A stretch of 64,000 nt of DNA from Heterodontus francisci. Taxonomy: Eukaryota. Each line of letters starts with the position of its first letter. Position 1 is the stretch's first letter. Below, in pieces: positions 26,281 to 37,500 of this stretch. The stretch is from the NCBI RefSeq assembly GCF_036365525.1, contig NC_090387.1:76135300-76199299 (forward strand), given 5' to 3'. A model generated the notes under the pieces. It saw nothing but the letters and a program-made list of their open reading frames with translations, searched no databases and was not told the DNA's origin. Position numbers and translations under genes: made by a program.

Positions 26281-27699
26281 ATGTCTTAATGAATAAAGTC
26301 TGCCTGAAGACTTCCCCCTTCTCCCTCACCAAAAAACATATTCCAGTTGACCCAGCAACTGGTGCATGTTCTAAGCGATGGTAACGTCTATCTGAAATCA
26401 GATAATTGAATTGATATGATATGGGGGATAGATTGGTGGTGTATTAATGATCAAAATGCTTTCTTTCTGTTATTTTTCTGAGCTGTCATACTAGTGGAAC
26501 TCTACTTTCATTTAAAAAAAAACTGCTTAAAATAGGTTTTCTCTTCCCCTAAAGGCTTTAGCCAGACAAAATCCCTTACCTCAGGTATTGTTTTACAGAC
26601 ACTCTCTGACTCTTCCCTTAAGTGGCCAAATTTTGATATGTGTGACTGTCTGAAGGCTGACTTGCGGAACAACATAGCCAAGCCCAGTTGTGCTCTCTTT
26701 TGTCGTGCACATGCATTTTTCATAAAGGTCACTAGGTAGGAAGTGATGGATCCTGGTTCTTTCGCTTATCACCTTCCTATTCCATGGAGTCTGCCTTAGC
26801 TGGGATCATACAACGCAACACTGATTAAATGTGGGAATCACCAGTTTTTTGTGTTTGAAGAATGAATGCTCTGCTTGGTTTCAGAACTTTGTGTAACTGA
26901 GCCCAAAACTGTCTTCTTTCAAGATCCGCCTATGGCCACCTTCTAACAGGAATTCTGGGCCATTGATGATAATTGAGCTTTCTCTTAAGCTTGGGCGCAC
27001 TGAGGTTAGTTGTACCATTCCCCCACCCCCTTCCCTCCTTCCCACCCACCCCTTGCTTAGGTCACTAACTTTGCACAATCTGTTAAGCTAACTGTCTGCC
27101 TGGGTAGTCAATAAGGCTCAATTACATGCTATCCTCAATCCTGATGGAGACGCATCTTATGACATCCACGATTGTTAGATTTTTTTTCAGCTTAAATTTG
27201 TGCCATTTCAGTTGCTGGAGGTGTGAGCTGATGACACTTGGAACCTTGGTGAATGACTGACAGGACCAGTAGTCTATATCCTTCGCCAATGAGGTTTAAG
27301 GTTGAGGAAAGGAACGAACGACTGACGAGGGTGAATTGAAGTGTGTGAATTTAATTCAATTCAAGTGCAGAAAGGAAAATAAAAATTACATTGAGAGAAG
27401 CGACAGATTTTAAAAATCTAGAATTTGCTACATGCAAGACTGATGCTTAATTTAAATTGTTCCCTTTCTAGGCTGAAGAGATTGATTGCCATTGCATTAA
27501 CAATTATCCCATGTTAAAAGAATACTTGAGCCCTAACCTTCTGCAGCAAGGTTAATGTGCAATTACAACAAGTTGTGAAAAATAACGGGATGTTGAGGGT
27601 GATCTGCCACTTGTGAAAGGCAAACGGCTCAGCGGTCTAAAGTGACCAGCTCGTGTCTCTTTGACTTTAATTTTCTGGCAGATTTGCGCATTAAGATAA

Positions 27700-28375
27700 T
27701 AAGGTTTAATAGGATAGACACAAAGAAGTTGTTTCCACTGAGTGGGGGTGGAAAACTAGGGCCGACTTTAAATTATACTCAATAGAGAATTTGGAGGAAA
27801 CATCTTTACCCAGAAAATTGTTAGAATGTGGAACTCTACCACAAGGAATGGTTAAGGCAAATAACACCCATGCAGAATCACAGAATCACAGAATAATACA
27901 GTGCAGAAGAGGCCCTTCGGCCCATTGAGTCTGCACCGATGCATTAAAACACCTGACCTGTCTACCTAATCCCATTTGCCAGCACTTGGCCCATAGCCTT
28001 GAATGTTATGACGTGCCAAGTGCTCATCCAGGTACTTTTTAAAGGATGTGAGGCAACCTGCATCTACCACCCTCCCAGGCAGGGCATTCCAGACCGTCAC
28101 CACCCTCTGGGTAAAAACGTTCTTCCTCAAATCCCCCTTAAACCTCCCGCCCCTTACCTTAAACTTGTGACCCCTCGTAACTAACCCTTCAACTAAGGGT
28201 TTTAACTTCCACTAAGGCATTTAATGGGAAGCTAGATAAACATGAGGGAGAAAGGAATAGAGGCTTTTATTATAATTTTAGATGGAGTGGCGGGAGGGAG
28301 GCTTGTGTGGAGCATGAATACCAGTATGAACCAGTTGTATAGAATGGCCTGTTTCTGTGCTGTACATTCTATGTA
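27700..28375. mobile_element. CR1 3' fragment (+) with a nested younger CR1 3' fragment (-, 27874-28200)
   Basis: (cagaatca)n tail at 27874; the plus-strand 3' end resumes at ~28215. Confidence 0.7.
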
Positions 28376-28469
28376 ATAATGGCATTTTGTTTTGAACCTG
28401 CTGTTTTCCTGCAAGATTTTGGGCTGCTGCCTTTACTAGCCAAGCCTCTAGGATAGCTATTTAAATTAG

Positions 28470-28652
<183 letters not shown>

Positions 28653-30143
28653 TAATTTGATAACACATGCACACGCTACTGCTTCATTGAGACCTCCGGA
28701 TTGTTTAAAGCTTAATGGTTTGGTCGAGGAATTAGCACTGATTTTTAATTTTATATGGATTGTGAAGGTCTAAAACAGATTCGTATGGAAATGGGCTTAA
28801 CAGGCCTGTGGATAATATATGTTCCAGTTATGAATCTGATCCGTACTGACTTGTGTTGATCCTAATGTTTGCTTATCTTGCCCATTAAAAGTAAGATTTG
28901 CAGGGGTGCAGTGAAGGCTTACCTGGAAAATTGAGCAACATGTTGCAGTTTTGTCTCTTTTACATCTCTTCCTTGTTTATGGCTTTTCTTGGACAAACTG
29001 AAAACATTCTTTATTCTTTGCCCGACTTGGATTAGTAGCAGGAGTAGGCCACTTAGCCCCTTGAGCCAGTTCTGTCATTGTGATATAATGACTGATCTAC
29101 AACCTAACTCCAGATATCTGTCTTTGCTCTATATCCCATCATGCCTTTGGTTAGCCCTGTAATTGGCGGTGTGAGCTGTCAACAGAACAAGGGCAGCAGG
29201 TTTTCTGACACCTTGGCGAACAACATGGCCAAGTGTATCTGAATCAATGAGATTGAAGGATTGACAAAAAGGAAGAACTGAAAAGGGGGATGAATTACAG
29301 TAATTGAATTCAATGTCAAATCAGAAAGGGAAAAATGATTAGATTGAAAGATAAGAAATAGGAAAAAATATAATGACATTTTAAAATCTTCCATTCAATG
29401 CGTGATGGAACAAGACTGCATGCCTTTAATTACTTTCTGGGCTAGAGGTTGATTGGAAGCCATTAAAAATTATCACATCATTAAAAGGGTACTTGCATTA
29501 GTAACAATTACTAAACTTAACTTTTTGTGGTGAGTTTAATGAGCAAATTAATGTGCAATTACAGCAACTTCATGAAACCAGAGAAAAAGTTTTCCTGAAG
29601 CTAGTGACGGAGTGGTGCAAATTGTCCAATAACTTGCAGCAATTCACAATTGAAGGAATATCTTCCTCGCCACAAATTTCTAGCCAAATTTCCCACTAAT
29701 GTTGCGTGCAAATCGCACTGTTGTTTTCAGTAAATTCTAGCCCAACAAAGAGCTGGGGGAGGTGAAGACCTCCAGAAAAGGGTCCATGCCCACACCATTC
29801 TTTTCGTTTCATGACTTGTTTGCTGTGGCTTTTAATTTATTTTGTGCCACAAATTAGTTGCCTTTTAAAACCATTCCTATGAGCAAAGTGTAACTGACTC
29901 TGGGGGGTTCCAATTCAAATCAGGTTGGCTGCTTCAGTACATACAATTGGGCAACCTCAAGCCTGAGACCCAATTCATCTAATGCAGTTTAAAAAAAAAG
30001 GATTTTATCCTTTTTAATACCCTTAGGGTTAATTGCATTGTTCACCTTTAATATTGTTACGATATTGCAGAGAATGCTCATTTTTAGAGTACTAAAATTC
30101 TCTAACATTTTTATATTTTAGGTTGAATTTTATTTATCACTGA

Positions 30144-33100
30144 AGTTTATGGACATGTCAGATACAAGGTCATGGTGGCCATGTGGTCCAGTTGCCCTGA
30201 GCATCTTCAAGCGTGGAATTCCAGCCATAGACTTTAATCAGTTCACCAATTCTTCAAACCAAACTCAGTGGCATTTTGCAGCACCTGCCCTGACTTTCTT
30301 GGTGCTCAGTTGGGATTCTGTTCTACTCTACACCAACGATGAAGCCAAGGAACTGAACTGGCGCTTTAAAAAAAAGTTTATTTCTGCTTGTGTGTAATTG
30401 TTTGCATTTTCTACTTTATTAAATAGCAAAGAAGCCTTTATTTTCTGAGGGTTTTAATTTGCGCAGTTTGTTGCTTCGCCCTGTTCATTTTGACTTCTAA
30501 TTTGTAATTGGATGTAGCACTCTAAACCGAGTTGGATTGATACACAGTGAGGCGTCTAATTCTGCTGCTTTAGATTGTAGAAGCATAACTTTTTTAATCT
30601 CGTCTTTTGGGGCAGTAGTTTTCTCGTCCAACTCCAGCCTCATACAGTTTTGGTCTGCTTTATGATCAGATCTGGAACTCTGACCTTTGGCTTATAATAT
30701 TGGTTGAGATGTTAACTCTTTCCTGTTTTTCTGAAAATACTTGTACTTTCTTTTAGCTGTTTCATTCATACCATGGCAGAGGTGTGCAAATGATCAACTG
30801 CAGTTAGTTTTTAGGCTTGTCCAATTTGCTGCATTATCTGCTGGGTGTAATTTAGATTTTGTGTGTAATTTAATCTTCAGATAATTGAAATGTTCAGAAT
30901 TAGTGGATCTGACAGTAAATGTCAGATTGCAGGCAGTCATAAAGCTTCATACAAATCTTCATGATCTTGTCAAAATATATTCAAGTATCCGATGGGGAGG
31001 CCGGGAGGAGAGGCGTGGGCCTGCTGTGGGGAGGGTGGAAATTCTTGAAGCCACAATGGAAAAATTCAATTTGAACTGCACTAGTGCTATAGAATTAGCC
31101 TGGGGTGTGAAAATCGTTCAGTCGATGAGTACAGCTTGGTCTTGAAAGGTTGTGAACAGCCAATGGGTCTAGGTATGTGTCCTCAGTTGGTAATGGGTCC
31201 ATCGTTCATTCTAACTTCAGCCTTTAGTTCTAATTCTGAACTTCTGATTTTGGAAATGTCTTTTTATATATTCACACTGAATATTGCAACATGGAAGGAT
31301 TAAATATTTATTTCACACTATCTCAATGCCTTGTAAATGACTTGAGTTCTTAGCAAGAGCCACGTGATGAGTTAGAATATGGGAATGTGAGGATCATTGT
31401 ACCAGTAAGATGTGCTAGAACGTTACCTGTGTCAGATGCTGGGTACAGGTTTTAGAAGTGTTGTGACTTGTATTGCTGTGGACATGTATAATTCATACTG
31501 GGTCTGTGCTGCATGCGATTATACAGTGATGTATTTACCTTCCAAAGCTAGTCAGTGCCTGGAAAGAGCTGTATAAACAGTCAAGTGGCAAGGTGTGAAT
31601 GGGTCTGTCACTACTGAGTGATAGGAAAATGAGCTTGTATTGCCTAAGTAATGCAAAGCACTTGGCTTAAATAGAACAACAAAGAACAAAGAAAATTACA
31701 GCACAGGAACAGGCCCTTCGGCCCTCCAAGCCTGCGCCGATCCAGATCCTCTATCAAAACATGTCGCCTATTTTCTAAGGGTCTGTATCTCTTTGCTTCC
31801 TGCCCATTCATGTATCTGTCTAGATACATCTTAAAAGACGCTATTGTGCCCGCGTCTACCACCTCCGCTGGCAACGCGTTCCAGGCACCCACCACCTTCT
31901 GCGTAAAGAACTTTCCACGCATATCCCCCCTAAACTTTTCCCCTCTCACTTTGAACTCATGACCCCTAGTAATTGAATCCCCCACTCTGGGAAAAAGCTT
32001 CTTGCTATCCACCCTGTCTATACCTCTCATGATTTTGTACACCTCAATCAGGTCCCCCCTCAACATTTGTCTTTCTAATGAAAATAATCCTAATCTACTC
32101 AACCTCTCTTCATAGCTAGCGCCCTCCATACCAGGCAACATCCTGGTGAACCTCCTCTGAACCCTCTCCAAAGCATCCACATCCTTTTGGTAATGTGGCG
32201 ACCAGAACTGCACGCAGTATTCCAAATGTAGCCGAACCAAAGTCCTATACAACTGTAACATGACCTGCCAACTCTTGTACTCAATACCCCGTCCGATGAA
32301 GGAAAGCATGCCGTATGCCTTCTTGACCACTCTATTGACCTGCGTTGCCACCTTCAGGGAACAATGGACCTGAACACCCAAATCTCTCAGTACATCAATT
32401 TTCCCCAGGACTTTTCCATTTACTGTATAGTTCACTCTTGAATTGAATCTTCCAAAATGCATCACCTCGCATTTGCCCCGATTGAACTCCATCTGCCATT
32501 TCTCTGCCCAACTCTCCAGTCTATCTATATTCTGCTGTATTCTCTGACAGTACCCTTCCCTATCTGCTACTCCACCAATCTTAGTGTCGTCTGCAAACTT
32601 GCTAATCAGACCACCTTTACTTTCCTCCAAATCATTTATGTATATCACAAACAACAGTGGTCCCAGCACGGATCCCTGTGGAACACCACTGGTCACACGT
32701 CTCCATTTTGAGAAACTCCCTTCCACTGCTACTCTCTGTCTCCTGTTGCCCAGCCAGTTCTTTATCCATCTAGCTAGTACACCCTGGACCCCATGCGACT
32801 TCACTTTCTCCATCAGCCTACCATGGGGAACTTTATCAAACGCCTTACTGAAGTCCATGTGTATGACATCTACAGCCCTTCGCTCATCAATCAACTTTGT
32901 CACTTCCTCAAATAATTCTATTAAGTTGGTAAGACATGACCTTGGCATTCCATGATGCTATCACTGGTCTCTCGCTGTAACTTTGGCAACCCATGAGATA
33001 TGATAAATGGCTCTCTACACTCTGTGGTACCAAAATTCTTGATAGCCTTGTGCTTGCACTACATCGCACCAATGTATAGACCATTGGTATGTATACTCTG

Positions 33101-33690
33101 CCAGCTGACAAGTTTATATAAATGTTGGTCAGACTTTATATCCTATTCATATAGTAAAGTTGACCATTTTCTTCCAAATGTGTTCTTGAGCCGAAGTACA
33201 AATATTTGTTGAAAAACCTCAGATTAACCCCCTCTCTTCATGGGGGCGTTCAAACCTGGGTATAGATCTTGTGACTTTTCTCCTTCTGAGCATTTGTGTT
33301 CCTGAAACTCCCTTTCTGGACATAATCGTGCTAACCTAGAAATAAACTGATTTACAATGGTGGAACCATGGGTCTACCTTCGAGTTGTGTCTTGTTCTGT
33401 TAGTATCCTTTATCTATCTTCAGCTTATGCTTAAACTAGGCTGGGTTCAGCCAGCAGGCACATTTTGCAACACCACAATGAAAAATGCACAATCTTGGAC
33501 CACAGCCAGAGTCCTTGTAAGCTGTGCTGTCTGTTTGACCCTGTTGGATCTTTAGGGCTCGACTCCAATTGAGCTGTGTTTCTCTCGGAGTGACGAGAAA
33601 TAATTTGCTTCTGTGTTTCAATAGTTGCTGTCTGTACTGTACTCAACTCACTACCTTGTGTAATAAAGATTCGAAAAACGAATCTCTATT
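30144..33690 (+). other. Probable NUDT21-derived 3' UTR (interrupted by a CR1 insertion), AATAAA at 33341 and 33662
   Basis: U-rich non-repetitive sequence after the stop; TGTAATAAA at 33659-33667. Confidence 0.45.
31672..32943 (-). mobile_element. Young 5'-truncated CR1 LINE
   Basis: Uninterrupted 434-aa RT ORF (FADDTK, GVPQGSVLGP); (TTCTTTG)n-like tail. Confidence 0.92.
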
Positions 33691-33883
33691 GATTTTTAAT
33701 ACTATATTGCTTTTAATTTTATTTAAAATTGTATATTTTAGTCATGTTTCCCTCTTACGAATAGAACTTATTTTTGTCCTGTGCGTGTTAAGCTTGTCTG
33801 ACCCTCTATTGAAACTGGGCTACTTTAAAATAGGATCCTAGAATAGTTTAAACAATTCGATGCATTTGGTGTGGGGTTATGGA

Positions 33884-33889
33884 TTTATT
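33884..33889 (-). terminator. Candidate poly(A) signal for gene A (a second AATAAA at 33718-33723)
   Basis: tttatt on the plus strand = AATAAA on minus, ~590 nt downstream of the stop. Confidence 0.4.
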
Positions 33890-34474
33890 GGCCTGCCCCC
33901 TACTTCTCTCTCCTGTAACCGAAAATACCACAATGCAGATAGCATTTACAGCGAATCATATTATAATTTGTTAAACAATAGTAAATATTCATTTTTTAAA
34001 GTTGGTTGATTGGCACTTTGTTAGACTTCAAGGGACTCCTTATGATTTGACCATGCAAGCTTAATTTTAAGAATCATGACAAGCTGCCAGGGCAATTTTT
34101 TGATGACCATTGGTTGATATCGCAGCAAAACATCGCGCATGTTTGAAATTCAGAACATACGGGCCGCAATACATTTTCAACATGCCGCCCGCGTAAATCT
34201 GGCTTTGCAAACCCTGCCCTCGGCTGGTTCTATAATAGGCCGACGACCAATTCCACCAGTTTACCGCCTCATCGTTGAAGGTGAAAATATGCATTTCCCC
34301 CACCTCTCCCAATACACACACACACACGAGATGCGTGTGAGGTTCCAGAACGTTACTCCTTAATCCAGCTGCAATAAATGAAAACAATGATGGACGCACA
34401 TTTAATGGCATATAATCGAATACCCTGGACCGACACCCATAAATAGCCCAGTTCCTCGGACTGTGTTTAGGTTC

Positions 34475-34597
34475 TCAGCTTCTCTCTTTCGTTGTCACGT
34501 TTACTTCAGCATACACTGCGCTCTTGTCTTGTTTAGGTTTTGATGTTTTCTTGGTATCAGCGTAAGTCAGCTGGTTCTCACCGCTTCTTTGTTTAGT
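34475..34597 (-). CDS. Gene A exon 8, terminal coding TKQRSGENQLTYADTKKTSKPKQDKSAVYAEVNVTTKERS*
   Basis: Acceptor ttacttttacag; SIRP-alpha-like tyrosine motifs LTYAD(T) and AVYAEV; stop TGA. Confidence 0.8.
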   Translation of the reverse strand, partial: TKQRSGENQLTYADTKKTSKPKQDKSAVYAEVNVTTKERS

Positions 34598-37500
34598 CTG
34601 TAAAAGTAATATTTCGTATCACCCGTTAATCTATTGCTCACTCATTGCTTGAGGTAATCGAGGTTTGAAAAAGGCTGCAGTGAAACTTCTTCTCATCAAT
34701 TACCAACTTCAGATTGAAACCGGATTTTGTTTTGGTTTATTTCTCCAGTTTCTCCCTTCTCTGCAAACGATTCATGTTTTGTTCCAATTCCAGGCCCTCC
34801 CCTAAATCTTACTGGTATTCCGCTTTAACCTTCATATAAAATTAGTTCTGATGAAAGGTCACAGACCTGAAACGTTAACTCTGTTTCTCTCTCCATAGAT
34901 GCTGTCAGACCTGCTGAGTATTTCCAGCACTTTCTGTTTTTATTTCAGATTTCCAGCATTATGCTTTTATAAAATTAGTTCTCCTGCTGATGCAGCCCAT
35001 TAAGGGAGCACATTAATACTTCAATTAAAATAGACAAATGAATTTCATACTGGTCTGTTCATGGTATTTGGAATGACGATAATGTAAAGCACCGTTTTTA
35101 AGGCCCTGTTGTTTGAGCCTCGACAGCCAATGTGACCCTTACCCCATGGATGAGGCTCCAAGGTCACATTTTCAGCCGCCTTTCCCCTAACCCCGCCGAT
35201 CTCTGAGACACGAAGGTCAAATATGATGAACCTTGGCTGAGATCAGCTGACACAACACAGTGGTAGATGCAACCTGGGATCTTTGCATTTCCTGCAGCCC
35301 AGAGTCGTTCCACTTAACATTGCTGATATATCAATGAATGATCTGAGCTGTACCTTGGCATACACCGTACTCTGCTCCTTCTATCAGTGTTTCGCATTGC
35401 TCCTGGTCCTGGTTTCATCAGTGGCGTACGGATATTTTTGTTTCGTCTGTAAAACAGATATTTGCCAGTCTAACCAAGTGAGTTTCTTATTTTGTAATTT
35501 GTAATCGCTATTACAGCCAGACGCGAAAAAGAAATGGGGCTAATTTTGACTGACTGCTGTCGTGTAAAACGGATGGAGAGACTCCGTAACCCGTTTTACT
35601 TCTCTCATAGTTTCTATTTTCAACCAAGTCAGCGGGAGAGATACCGATTCGCCAGCACTCATTTTATACTGTCTCATAAAGTCAACACTAACTCGGTAAA
35701 TTCTGTATAAGTTGTTAGAGCTGATTCTGTTATTACAGAGTGTTGATTTTGTGCAGAAATGATTTGGATATCATTCGCGCCAATCGCTCGCCCTACCTTG
35801 GGATAGACGGTGTGCTCTATCTCATATCTACGTTTGGGGGGTCCTTTGTCGTCTCTGAAGTTTAGAAGTTCACTTCGTACTTGTCTAACCTGTAGAAACA
35901 AGATATGAAATACTGATAGCTGAGAGTCGAATACAGCAGCCAGCTACCATCAAGTGGAACTGAGTCTGAAAGTGTCAATATGGAGACAGTAACCTATAAA
36001 ACGGGCTTAATTGCATTCTGTCCACTCACAATGATTTTATTCAATATCTCACCCATAAGGTGAGGAATAATGTTCCAAATACGTTCTTAATCCTCAGTCA
36101 GCACTATCTACTGGAAAACTTTACAGGCGGAGCCTGAAATTGTCCTCGTTCCACTTCCAGTCATTCCATTCCGAACAGGAAATCAGCCGCTGGGACCCTG
36201 GCCATTCAGCCCCTCCCTCCGCAACTACCTAACCCAGGAGTTCCGGGTGCAGGCCAATTAGGTACAGGTAGCATTGTCCCAACTGATACACCAGAGGTGG
36301 GGACGGCACCTGGGACCTTCCGAATCTAAAAGCGGGAGATGGAAATCTGAAATAAAAACATAAATTTCTGGAAATACTCCGTAGAGAGGGAAGCAGAGTT
36401 CACCTTTCAGGTTTGTGGCCTCTTATGGAAGGTCTCAGGTCTGAAACGTTGCCTCTGTTTCTCTCACCTCCGTAATCTGTCTGGTTGTGCTGCACAACGT
36501 ATCAAATAAGGAACTGGGTATTTCCGATTTTTAAAATAATTTGAATTATGAAATGGGAAGTTGTCAGAAGAATATTTTACAGTCCATACAAATATTTATC
36601 TTAAAATCAAGGCATAGAGTACAAAATCAAGGAATTTATGCAAAACCTCTCTAAATCACTGATGAGACCTCAGCTGGAACATTGTGTTCTATTCTGGGCA
36701 CTACACTTTAGGAAAGATGTCAAGGCCTTGGAGAGGGTTCAAAGGAGATTTACTGAATGGTATCAGGAATGAGCGACTTCAGTTATGTTGGGCAGATGAG
36801 AAAATCTACGATTGTCCTCCTTAGAGTAGAGAACGTAAAGGGGAGATTTAATAGAGGTGTTCAAAATTATGAGAGGTTTTGATAGAGTAAATAAGGAGAA
36901 ATTGATTTCACTGGTGGTTGGGCTGGTATCCAGGGACAGAGATTTAAAATAATTGGAAAATAATCAGGGAAGATGAGGATATTTTTAATGCAGCCTGCGG
37001 TTGTGATCTGGAATGCACTGCGTGAAAGGGTGGTGGAAGCAGATTTAATAGTAACTTTCAAAAAGGATATATACTTGAAATGAAAATAAAATGTAGGGCT
37101 ATTGGTAAAGAGTCGGCGAGTGGGACGAAATGAATAGTTGTTTCAAAGAGCCGGCACAGGCACCACGGCCTCTTTCTTTGCTGTGGGATTCTATGAAATT
37201 AAATTAATATCTTCTGGACTGAATGTAAAATGTCTTGCTATTCACCCGCCTCTTTTTGGAAGAAGAAAAACATTGTCACCCTACCCGCTCTTCAGCATGA
37301 CCCGCTTCCTCAGAAATGTTCTTACTGCCTGAGGGAAAGAGAAGTTCACATTGAATAGCTTAATCAGTATACAAGCAAAACAACATCATGTTTTCACTGC
37401 TAAACACAGGTACTGTGTAAAGTAAGGAGACTTGAAGGTACAGATCTCTCTGAAGATATTAAGCAGTACCAGCCATTACAGTGCAGAATGCTGTGTATTA

